In this document: positions 36,449-45,315 of the stretch, piece by piece
Numbering within the stretch: the first letter of the stretch is position 1
Layout: each line of letters begins with the position of its first letter
From: Deferribacterales bacterium
GTDB lineage: Bacteria; Chrysiogenota; Deferribacteres; Deferribacterales; Geovibrionaceae
Direction of reading: 5' to 3'
Assembly (NCBI GenBank): GCA_050253075.1
Contig: JBFWJS010000003.1
Span: 373,458-437,457, forward strand
DNA: 64,000 nt
Made by a program: the position numbers and the translations under genes
Notes under the pieces: generated by a model
The model's database searches: none
What the model was told of the DNA's origin: nothing
The model's input: the letters and a program-made list of their open reading frames with translations, nothing else

Positions 36449-38002
36449 TTACAGCGGGATGAGCCCGTGTTTTTTCTGCGGACGCATCTCCCGCTTTGTT
36501 CGCAGAGCTTCCAGTGCGGATATAACCGCCATCTTTGTCTCTGCAGGGTCTATAACGTCGTCCACATACCCTCTGCCTGCGGCGGCATATGGATTTGTGA
36601 ATGCTATTTTGTATTCCTTCGTCTTTTCTTCCATCAGTTCTTTCGGGTCGAAGGCTTCCTTTATCTCTTTGCTGTAAAGGATGCTGGCTGCGCCCTCTGC
36701 GCCCATGACGGCTATCTCTGCGGTCGGCCATGCATAGACCCTGTCTGCGCCCATTTCCTTAGAACACATGGCGAGGTATGCACCGCCGTATGCCTTGCGC
36801 ACTATGATGGTCACCTTCGGCACTGTGGCAGCACCGTATGCGAACAGCATCTTTGCACCGTGGCGGATGATGCCTCCGTATTCCTGATCTACCCCGGGCA
36901 TAAAGCCCGGAACGTCTACGAATGTCAGCAGAGGTATGTTGAAAGCGTTGCAGAAGCGTATGAACCTCGCCGATTTGTCTGATGAGTCTATGTCCAGAAC
37001 GCCCGCTTTGACAAACGGCTGATTCGCCACTACGCCGACGGTTCTCCCCGACATTCTGGCGAAGCCTATGAGGATGTTCGGTGCGAAGTGTTCCTGTATT
37101 TCTAGGAAGTCTCCGCCGTCTACGATATTGTGTATCACCTCGTGCATGTCGTATGGCTCTTTCGGGTCTTCGGGGATGAGGTTTCTGAGGTGTCCCTCGG
37201 GCTGAAGTATATTTTCCGCCGTATTATGGAAAGAGGGCGGTTCTTCGGTATTGTTACTCGGCAGGAACGAGAGCAGGCGTTTACACAGAGACATGGCGTC
37301 CTGTCCGTTTTTAGCGGTGAAGTGTACCACGCCTGAATAGTGCGAATGGCTCTCAACACCGCCGAGCTCCTCTGAGGATACTTCCTCGCCTGTGACCTGC
37401 TTTATCACGGACGGCCCTGTGATGAACATCTGCCCCTCGTGCTCTATCTGTATGATGAAGTCAGTGAGGGCAGGGGAATATGCCGCTCCGCCCGCACAGG
37501 GGCCCGCTATTATGCTCACCTGCGGCACAACGCCCGATAGGAGTACATTGCGGTAGAAGATGTCTCCGTATCCTGAAAGGGCATCTACGCCCTCCTGAAT
37601 ACGGGCACCGCCCGAGTCGTTTATGAAAACGAACGGATCGCCTGTTTTCAAAGCCTGATCCATAACGTCTGCTATCTTTTTAGCCGTCATTTCTCCGACG
37701 GAACCGCCTGCTACGGTAAAGTCCTGACTGGCAGCGTATACTATCCTGCCGTCTACGCTCCCCATCCCGGTGACAACCCCTTCACCGGGGAATTCTTTAT
37801 CTGTCATGCCGAAATTGGTGCACCTGTGGCGCATGAAGAGCCCGTGTTCCTGAAAGGTTTCAGAGTCGAAGAGGAGTGCCAGACGTTCTCTGGCGGTGAG
37901 CTTCCCTGCGCTGTGCTGTTTGTCGATCTTGTCTTTGCCTCCGCCCTGATAGGCCTCGGCACGTTTCTTGAAAAGTGTGTTCAGTTTTTCTTTGTTACTC
38001 AT
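36449..38002 (-). CDS. mmdA: acyl-CoA carboxyltransferase, methylmalonyl-CoA decarboxylase alpha subunit
   Basis: GKLTARER, DSGGARIQEG, GPCAGGA, DVPGF, RKAYGGAY, KKHG.IPL; operon with mmdDCB. Confidence 0.88.
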   Translation of the reverse strand: MSNKEKLNTLFKKRAEAYQGGGKDKIDKQHSAGKLTARERLALLFDSETFQEHGLFMRHRCTNFGMTDKEFPGEGVVTGMGSVDGRIVYAASQDFTVAGGSVGEMTAKKIADVMDQALKTGDPFVFINDSGGARIQEGVDALSGYGDIFYRNVLLSGVVPQVSIIAGPCAGGAAYSPALTDFIIQIEHEGQMFITGPSVIKQVTGEEVSSEELGGVESHSHYSGVVHFTAKNGQDAMSLCKRLLSFLPSNNTEEPPSFHNTAENILQPEGHLRNLIPEDPKEPYDMHEVIHNIVDGGDFLEIQEHFAPNILIGFARMSGRTVGVVANQPFVKAGVLDIDSSDKSARFIRFCNAFNIPLLTFVDVPGFMPGVDQEYGGIIRHGAKMLFAYGAATVPKVTIIVRKAYGGAYLAMCSKEMGADRVYAWPTAEIAVMGAEGAASILYSKEIKEAFDPKELMEEKTKEYKIAFTNPYAAAGRGYVDDVIDPAETKMAVISALEALRTKREMRPQKKHGLIPL

Positions 38003-38218
38003 AATTTTTCCTGAATTGTCAGCGTGTAATAAATTCTTTATACTATAAGAATAACACCGCTCGAACGAGCTTCAACACTAATGGAACACGGCGGAAACAT
38101 AATACCGTGTTTGGAAAAGTTTTTGCGACGTTTAGCATTGTTTAACAGTACATTAAGAGATTTAAGGCTGAACTTGAAATTAATCGGAATGTCATAATAA
38201 TATATAAGTATAAAAGAC

Positions 38219-38509
38219 ATGGAGCAGAAAATGAAAAAACTGATGTTTGTTATGATCATAGCAACTTTATTCACTTCATCCGCATTCGCAGGTGAAAAGT
38301 CTGAGAAAGCGGGCGAAGCATTCGGCAAGGCCGCAAGGGAGACAAAGGAAGCGGGCGAGCTCCTCATCGACGGTACAAAGAAAGGTGCGAAGAAAGCGGG
38401 CGAATATATAAAAGAACTCTACGAAGACACCAAAGAGGGTGCCAAGGATTTCAATAAAGGTATGAAAAAAGGCTATAAGGAAGAAGAGAAGAAAGACGGA
38501 TATTTCTAA
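38219..38509 (+). CDS. small secreted Lys/Glu-rich protein
   Basis: signal peptide ending AFA; repetitive amphipathic helix. Confidence 0.7.
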   Translation: MEQKMKKLMFVMIIATLFTSSAFAGEKSEKAGEAFGKAARETKEAGELLIDGTKKGAKKAGEYIKELYEDTKEGAKDFNKGMKKGYKEEEKKDGYF

Positions 38510-39885
38510 CGCATATTGAATACGTAGTTTATCCCGTTACCCCTTACGCTTTCCAGCCCCTGACCTTGCTCAGCCCTCGGATTTGTGCATGTGCCTGTCT
38601 CAAGGTATAATATAGCCTCAGAAAGCATCCCTTCCGCTTCGTCGCCTAACTGATGGGTCACATCGTCTGATGCGGCGCAGTCCACGCTCATTCCGCCGAA
38701 GTAATCGCCGTCGTTATCAGCATTTACAGTTTTGAATGATATGGGCACGATATAGTTGTCGCAATAGGGGAACGCATACATACCGACAGGCTTGCCGTGT
38801 GTGGTGGAGCCTATGAGCGTTACGTCCATGTATGGGAGCAGGTTGTTTATCACTGTTTCACTTGCCGAAGCAGAGGATGATGTCACAAGGAAGACAATCT
38901 TGCTTATATCCAGATCATATGTCGGTGAGCTGAAATAGGACGACCTGTTCCACGCAGAGTAAAAGGTATTATGCAGATATGTGTACATCAGCCCTGATGT
39001 GAGCCCCGAACCGCCTATCTGAGACGAAAGGAATATCGCCGCACTCAGCAGTCCGCCTCCGTTATAGCGAAGGTCTACGACGAGTTCCTCTACACCGTTT
39101 GTCTCAAATGCGCTGAGAGCGGGGAACATATCCGTATAGTAGTTTCCGCTGAAAGCGAGGTATGAAAGGTAGCCTATCTTTTTACCGTTTGTACCGTTGG
39201 TGAATATGTCGTATGCGGCGACAGAATCTGCGTAGTATTCATCTTTGACCACTGTGGCAGAGCCTGCCGAAGAGCTGTTGTCTATATAGTCTATGTCGAC
39301 ACTGTAGCCTTCCTCTGAGGGGCCGAATGCGGTGTCGTATATGTTTGCGTCACTTATCATCTGTGCTGCGGTATATCCGTTTACCGCCGTGAGGCTGTAT
39401 CCACGCTGGAACCCCGCAAGGTCGGCAGGAGAGCCTGGGTACACGTGTGTGAGGAATATCTCGTTTGTGCCTGCGCTGATGCCCATTGTGACGCCCAGTC
39501 CGACATTATCCCCTGCGTAGTATGCGTTGTATGTGGTCTTAGGTATCACATAGCTCCATTTGTCGTAGGTGTCGTATTTGAGCGCATCGAGCAGTGCGTC
39601 TTGTGATGCGTATGCAGTATAGTCCAGATCGGGCGTTTGACCGCTCCAGTAATAGACATCGTGCATGGCTTTATATATAAATGCTTTCTGATCGTCCTCA
39701 GAGCATGAATCGGGTGAATATGTCAGAGAGCCCACACCGCCGACGGTGATGCTGTCGTCCGATGGGTCTGCTATTGCTCCCGTGCTGCTGCTTCCGCCCC
39801 CTCCGCCTCCGCCTCCGCAGGCGGAAAGGATAAATGTGATCAAAGCTATTACTATCAGTTTGTTCAGTTGACTTATTTTAACCAT
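38506..39885 (-). CDS. S41 family peptidase lipoprotein with PDZ domain
   Basis: lipobox LSAC followed by poly-Gly; DLRYNGGG, SASASE, T.GKP. Confidence 0.9.
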   Translation of the reverse strand: MVKISQLNKLIVIALITFILSACGGGGGGGGSSSTGAIADPSDDSITVGGVGSLTYSPDSCSEDDQKAFIYKAMHDVYYWSGQTPDLDYTAYASQDALLDALKYDTYDKWSYVIPKTTYNAYYAGDNVGLGVTMGISAGTNEIFLTHVYPGSPADLAGFQRGYSLTAVNGYTAAQMISDANIYDTAFGPSEEGYSVDIDYIDNSSSAGSATVVKDEYYADSVAAYDIFTNGTNGKKIGYLSYLAFSGNYYTDMFPALSAFETNGVEELVVDLRYNGGGLLSAAIFLSSQIGGSGLTSGLMYTYLHNTFYSAWNRSSYFSSPTYDLDISKIVFLVTSSSASASETVINNLLPYMDVTLIGSTTHGKPVGMYAFPYCDNYIVPISFKTVNADNDGDYFGGMSVDCAASDDVTHQLGDEAEGMLSEAILYLETGTCTNPRAEQGQGLESVRGNGINYVFNMR

Positions 39886-39983
39886 AGGGTAATTATACCA
39901 TCTCGCCCATGTATGGGAACATAAAGTTGAAAAACATGTTATTATTACATAATATAACCAAAAATTATAGTTAAAGGTTTAAG

Positions 39984-40907
39984 ATGAATATTACTTTAGC
40001 ACAAGCACACCAGATATTTAGCAATCTTGATGAGCTCATTGTACTGTTCAGTGCAGAAGGGGAATACAAAGAGATAATCTCATCGGGAGCAGACAACGAT
40101 AAGGATGAATTCCGAGGTCTTTTGGGTAAAAAGTTAGACGGTGTTCTCTCCGCAGGGGCTGCTGAGCTGTTCAACTCCAGAATTCAGGAGTGTATAAGTG
40201 TTAATGCGCCAGTGGACTTTGAGTATCAGGTTGCAGGTATGCTGAATGTATCACCCGAAGTATCATCCGAGACAAGCAATACAAAATATTATAAATCCAG
40301 ACTGATCCCCGTTGCAGACGGCTCAGATACATATGTGATATGGATAGCCTACGACATCACCCAGTTTAAAAAGCTGGAGACAAACTATAAAGACTGCTCC
40401 ATAGAAGACCCTGTGACAGGCATATACAACAGACGCTTCTTCTTCAAAGAGCTGAACAGCTTTTACCAGAGGTTCCAGCGTGGCAGCAACTCTTACTCTG
40501 TGATAATGATAAACCTCGACCACAGCGAAAAGCTGAGCGACACATACGGCATAGAGGTCACAGAGGGGATGATGAGCAGCTTTGTCACCGTTATAAAGAA
40601 TGCTCTGAGAACTACCGACCTTTTTGCCTCTACAGGCGACGAAGACTTTATAATACTGCTCCCCGACACGCCTTCGAACGGTGCCGCACAGATGGCAGAG
40701 CGTGTTAGAAGCGCTATAGAAAACAACATATTCGAGCTGGACGGCGAACAGCTCAGCATGACAGCCAGCTTTGGCTGCAGCGAGGTCGCCGAGGCTGATT
40801 CCAGCTATGACAATGTCATAAACAGAGCCGAGATAGCTCTTTATCAGGCGAAGCACAACGGCGGAAACTGTGTGAATCGTCTGAATTATGAAAATTGGAA
40901 AAAATAG
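39984..40907 (+). CDS. PAS-like plus degenerate GGDEF domain protein
   Basis: DPVTGIYNRR; active site reads GDEDF; RTTD I-site present. Confidence 0.85.
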   Translation: MNITLAQAHQIFSNLDELIVLFSAEGEYKEIISSGADNDKDEFRGLLGKKLDGVLSAGAAELFNSRIQECISVNAPVDFEYQVAGMLNVSPEVSSETSNTKYYKSRLIPVADGSDTYVIWIAYDITQFKKLETNYKDCSIEDPVTGIYNRRFFFKELNSFYQRFQRGSNSYSVIMINLDHSEKLSDTYGIEVTEGMMSSFVTVIKNALRTTDLFASTGDEDFIILLPDTPSNGAAQMAERVRSAIENNIFELDGEQLSMTASFGCSEVAEADSSYDNVINRAEIALYQAKHNGGNCVNRLNYENWKK

Positions 40908-40993
40908 CACACTTATTGATGATTATTTGATATTTCTCTGACGAATTGGCCTTATTAGTGTGTTAATCTCTTAAAAAATACCGGAGAATTAAC

Positions 40994-41497
40994 ATGTTTT
41001 TACTGAAAGAACTGCCTGATAAGAAAAGCATTAAGAAAATAGCCAAAGATAACAAAGCTATAGACGCTACGAGTGCGCATTTTACACTTCAGTTTATCCG
41101 CACGGCGAGCGATGCTCTCATCACAATAGACAAGTTTTTCAGTGCAAAAGGTCTCTCTCACGGCAGATTTATCGCTCTTTCGGTATTAAGTGAGGCTCCT
41201 GACGAAGGGATCTTTCCATACGAGCTGGCAGACAGCATGGGTGTCTCCCGTGCGACTGCATCTGGTCTCATTAAAGGGCTCGAGGCTACGGGGCTTATCG
41301 TCAGCATACAGTCAAAGACAGACGGACGTATGAAAAGGATAGCACTCACCGACGAGGGTAAAACGCTCATAGAAGAGCTAACCCCCGAATATTACGCCTT
41401 CATATCTAAATTCACCGGTTCTATAGAGAAAAAGTCCCTTAAACAGTTCATCGGCATTCTGACACAGCTTGGCGATGTAGTATCCTCCATCGACTAA
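40994..41497 (+). CDS. MarR family regulator
   Basis: ELA..MGVSRAT, DGR...I.LT..G. Confidence 0.9.
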   Translation: MFLLKELPDKKSIKKIAKDNKAIDATSAHFTLQFIRTASDALITIDKFFSAKGLSHGRFIALSVLSEAPDEGIFPYELADSMGVSRATASGLIKGLEATGLIVSIQSKTDGRMKRIALTDEGKTLIEELTPEYYAFISKFTGSIEKKSLKQFIGILTQLGDVVSSID

Positions 41498-41536
41498 TAA
41501 TTGTGTTTTGCGCTGCTTTTGTGTAAAACAGCGTGT

Positions 41537-42070
41537 ATGCAGATATTACTAGTAGACAACGAAGACAGCTTCACAGCCAACTTACTGCATCAGATAGTCA
41601 ATGTCACAGGGCATGAGCCTGTTGTGGCGCCTTATCATCTTCTGAATGAGATCGACACAGACCTATACGACATGTTTGTCATATCCGCAGGCCCGGGTTC
41701 GCCCGCCGAATATCCCGATTATGACAGGTTATTCCGAAGCGGAAAGCCTATTTTAGGGGTGTGCCTCGGAATGCAGATAATGAACCTTTACTACGGCGGA
41801 AGTGTCAGTCCTTTAAAGGGAGCGAAGCACGGCATATGCAGAGAGGTTGTCATCGACGGCGAGGCATATACGTGTGCAGTTTATAATTCGTTATACTGCT
41901 CTGATGTCGCAGACTGCTTTGATACATTCGCCATGTCAGGCGGCATACCAATGGGGATAAAGCACAGAGAACTGCCCATGGCAGGTGTGCAGTTTCACCC
42001 CGAATCATTTATGACTCTCGAAGGGGACAAGATACTTAAATATGTTTTCAACTGTATTGGAATTAATTGA
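41537..42070 (+). CDS. pabA: aminodeoxychorismate synthase glutamine amidotransferase subunit
   Basis: DNEDSFT, GPGSP, LGVCLGMQ, QFHPES. Confidence 0.85.
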   Translation: MQILLVDNEDSFTANLLHQIVNVTGHEPVVAPYHLLNEIDTDLYDMFVISAGPGSPAEYPDYDRLFRSGKPILGVCLGMQIMNLYYGGSVSPLKGAKHGICREVVIDGEAYTCAVYNSLYCSDVADCFDTFAMSGGIPMGIKHRELPMAGVQFHPESFMTLEGDKILKYVFNCIGIN

Positions 42071-43292
42071 TAAAACACGCTTTCTGAGCATAGCAGGGGC
42101 TATATCAGAAGTGTGGCCCACAGACATGATATACTCATGCAGCGACGACGGCGAGCACACCTCCGCATGCTATGTTTCTCCCGACAGAGAGCTGATAATC
42201 AGCTCACAAACCGATAAGGAAAAGCTGAAAGAATTCGCATTTTCAGACGAGCGTGAAACCCTCGGGTATCTCAGCTATGACCTCGGTCTGCTGAAATACG
42301 GCATAGCGAAAAGGTCAGAGGTCTCGGGCGAGCTCGGACGCTTTAAAAAATATATGGCATACCTCATACACAGCGGAAGTAGCCTCGAGGTGTGCACTGA
42401 TTCCCACGAAATGCTCGAGAGGATACTTTATATAGCCGAAAATACAGAGAGGCAGATGCCCGCATACTCTTATGAAAATATAAGGGCAAACATGACCGAG
42501 GCGGAATACGCCAAGGGTGTGAGTAAAACTCTGGAGCATATCCGAAAAGGTGACACATACCAGCTTAACTTGTCGATGAAATTCATGGCGGATTTCAATG
42601 GGTCGCCCCTCACCATGTGGATGGATATGGCAGAGAAATACCCCGCACCGTTTTACGCATTTTATCACGCAGAGTCAGAGGATATATTATCCACATCGCC
42701 CGAGAGATTCTTAAAGGTTTCTAACGGGTGCGTGCTGTCTCAGCCCATAAAGGGTACGCACAGATTTGATGAATATTACGAAGGTATAGAGAGCATACTT
42801 ACTGACAGTGTGAAAGAGAGCGCAGAGCTTTCTATGATAGTAGACCTCATCCGCAACGACATATCTGGATACTGCGAATACGGCAGTGTGCATGTGTCGA
42901 GGCACAAGTCCGTGATGCGGGTGGACAACCTGCTCCAGATGTACAGCAACGTACACGGCAGGCTGAGAGACGGCGCAGATGTTGTGGATCTGCTCTGGTC
43001 GGCTTTCCCCGGCGGGTCTATAACAGGATGCCCGAAGAAACGCTCTATGGAGATAATAGACGCTCTCGAACCACACAGGCGTGGCGCATACTGCGGGAGC
43101 ATCGTTCGGATACAGGACACTCTGAACATGGACTCGAACATTATGATACGTACGGCATGCGTCAGCAGAGGCGAGCTGACTTTTTTCGCAGGCAGCGGTA
43201 TTGTTGCAGATTCTGATCCTGTTATGGAGTATAATGAGACAATAAGCAAAGCAGAAAAATTCCTAAGGGCAGGAAATGGTTGTATATTATAA
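42042..43292 (+). CDS. pabB: aminodeoxychorismate synthase component I
   Basis: GDTYQ.N, SPERF, PIKGT, MIVDLIRND, FPGGSITGCPK. Confidence 0.88.
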   Translation: MFSTVLELIDKTRFLSIAGAISEVWPTDMIYSCSDDGEHTSACYVSPDRELIISSQTDKEKLKEFAFSDERETLGYLSYDLGLLKYGIAKRSEVSGELGRFKKYMAYLIHSGSSLEVCTDSHEMLERILYIAENTERQMPAYSYENIRANMTEAEYAKGVSKTLEHIRKGDTYQLNLSMKFMADFNGSPLTMWMDMAEKYPAPFYAFYHAESEDILSTSPERFLKVSNGCVLSQPIKGTHRFDEYYEGIESILTDSVKESAELSMIVDLIRNDISGYCEYGSVHVSRHKSVMRVDNLLQMYSNVHGRLRDGADVVDLLWSAFPGGSITGCPKKRSMEIIDALEPHRRGAYCGSIVRIQDTLNMDSNIMIRTACVSRGELTFFAGSGIVADSDPVMEYNETISKAEKFLRAGNGCIL

Positions 43293-43983
43293 AGGGCAGT
43301 TCATTGACAGCGCCGAGGCTGTGACGGATACGAGCGATCCGCATTTCAGATATGGTGCAGGCTTTTTCGAAACTATTTTGTATAACGGTAAAGAGATTCA
43401 GCATCTGGACAGACATGTGGCACGTCTGGAGGCTTCGTGCGCCCATTTCGGCTTTGAGCCTGCGTGGGCTGACTACCGCAGTATAATAAGCGTGCTGATA
43501 GAACAGAACGCTCTGAACGGAGAGCAGGCAAGGGTTAACATCTGCCAGACGGCAAACTCCACCGAGAGCTGCGGGGTCTTTATCTCCGCCGTGCCTTATA
43601 CACCGCCGAAGCTCGATAAGGTGTTCCGTCTGTGCCTTTATCCCCATGTGCACGAGAGCTATATGTCTGAGCATAAATCAATGAACTACATGCATTTTAT
43701 GATGGCGAAGAAATACGCACAGCAGAAAGACTGTGACGACAGCATCCTGACAGACTCGAAAGGCAATCTGCTCGAAACATCGACGGCATCTATGATTATT
43801 GAGAAAGACGGACAGTATTACACATCGAAAGAAACAAACAGGCTGAAGAGCATCTCCCTCGAACTTTTCGCAGAGGAAAACGGGCTTCAGCAGGTCGATA
43901 TAAAATTAGAAGACATCCAAGACCGCAACATATTCATTACAAATTCATTGATGGGACTGAGAAAAGCAGTCCTTGTGCGTTAA
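43276..43983 (+). CDS. pabC: aminodeoxychorismate lyase (class IV aminotransferase fold)
   Basis: YGAGFFET, H..RL, HKS.NY, TNSLMG; follows pabAB. Confidence 0.8.
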   Translation: MVVYYKGQFIDSAEAVTDTSDPHFRYGAGFFETILYNGKEIQHLDRHVARLEASCAHFGFEPAWADYRSIISVLIEQNALNGEQARVNICQTANSTESCGVFISAVPYTPPKLDKVFRLCLYPHVHESYMSEHKSMNYMHFMMAKKYAQQKDCDDSILTDSKGNLLETSTASMIIEKDGQYYTSKETNRLKSISLELFAEENGLQQVDIKLEDIQDRNIFITNSLMGLRKAVLVR

Positions 43984-44022
43984 CGCTTTATTTGATATAT
44001 TTTAAGACAATACAGGTATGAA

Positions 44023-45246
44023 ATGGATAAGATATTAATCGTCGAAGACAGCAGGAATCTAGCTGCCTTCATTCAGGCATCGGTAAAAAACGACACGGGG
44101 CTTAGTGGGGATATAGCGCTCAGCTATGCAGAGGCGGAGAAGCTTTTAGGTGAAAACGAGTATTTCGCCGCCGTGACAGACCTGAACCTGCCCGATGCGC
44201 CCGCAGGCTCTATGGTAGACACTCTCATCGAAAGAAACATTCCGACAATAGTCTATACCGGCGACTACAGCGATGACCTGCGTGTTAAGATATGGAAAAA
44301 GAAGATAGTCGACTATGTAATAAAGCGTGACCCTGAAAGTGATAAATACGTAAGCAAGCTGATATGCCAGCTCCGAAAGAACATACATATCGACGTGCTC
44401 ATCGTCGATGACTCCGTCATCCTGAGAAACAGTATGAAGAGGCTGCTGGAGGCGCATTTGTTCCGTGTGCATGCTTTCGGAAGTGCCACTGAAGCTCTGG
44501 AGCAGGCGGGGAAGCTGGAAAACCTGAAGCTCGTCATCTCCGACTATATGATGCCCGACATGGACGGATTCGAGTTTGTCAGGAGCATCCGAAAGAGCTT
44601 CCCGAAGGATAAGGTCGCATTCATAGGTGTTTCGGGCACTGCGAAGGAGGAGGTCTCTGCGAAGTTTATAAAATTCGGCGCAAACGACTTCATGATGAAG
44701 CCTTTCAGCCACGAGCAGTTCTATACCCGTGTGAATCAGAACCTGCAGATGATACTGATGATAGAGAACATCCTCGACCTTTCGAACAAAGACTTCCTTA
44801 CCGGGTTGTATAACCGCAGATATTTCTTCATGGAGATGGACAGGGTGTTTGATAAAAACGCTGAAAAGACCGTCTGCATCATGGATATCGACCATTTCAA
44901 AAAGGTGAACGACACATACGGGCACGACGGCGGTGATGCTGTGCTGAAGTTTGTGGCGCATCTTTTAAAGGCTTACGTGGGGAACAAAGGTTTTGTGACC
45001 AGATTCGGCGGAGAGGAGTTCTGCGTTTATCTTTCGGAGAAGGTGTGTGACGAATTTTTTGAAGGTATGCGCAGGATGTTAGAGGATTCCGTCATAGATT
45101 TCGACGGTGTCGATATAAAGATAACAGCCAGCTTCGGCGTTACGTCTGTCTCGGGCAAGTCTGTGGATGCCATGATAACAGAGGCGGATTCGCTCCTGTA
45201 CGACGCTAAGACATCAGGCAGGAACAGAGTTAGGGCTATTTGCTAA
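44023..45246 (+). CDS. REC-REC-GGDEF diguanylate cyclase
   Basis: DLNLP and DYMMP receiver Asp residues; DIDHFKKVNDTYGH; RFGGEEF. Confidence 0.93.
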   Translation: MDKILIVEDSRNLAAFIQASVKNDTGLSGDIALSYAEAEKLLGENEYFAAVTDLNLPDAPAGSMVDTLIERNIPTIVYTGDYSDDLRVKIWKKKIVDYVIKRDPESDKYVSKLICQLRKNIHIDVLIVDDSVILRNSMKRLLEAHLFRVHAFGSATEALEQAGKLENLKLVISDYMMPDMDGFEFVRSIRKSFPKDKVAFIGVSGTAKEEVSAKFIKFGANDFMMKPFSHEQFYTRVNQNLQMILMIENILDLSNKDFLTGLYNRRYFFMEMDRVFDKNAEKTVCIMDIDHFKKVNDTYGHDGGDAVLKFVAHLLKAYVGNKGFVTRFGGEEFCVYLSEKVCDEFFEGMRRMLEDSVIDFDGVDIKITASFGVTSVSGKSVDAMITEADSLLYDAKTSGRNRVRAIC

Positions 45247-45315
45247 AAGCAGTTGTAAATACAGGCAAATATGCTCTATTATAACAGTGCATATTTTATG
45301 ATTTACAGGTGTTAA

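Noticed and set aside
36438..36731. N-terminal extension of the mmdD ORF (likewise mmdC 36073-36150)
   Set aside because: Out-of-frame overlap with the upstream gene; homology begins at the downstream ATG
38040..38115. Na+ riboswitch upstream of mmdA
   Set aside because: Small hairpins are present but overlap a plausible TTGAAG/TATTCT promoter; I cannot match a riboswitch consensus without an Rfam scan
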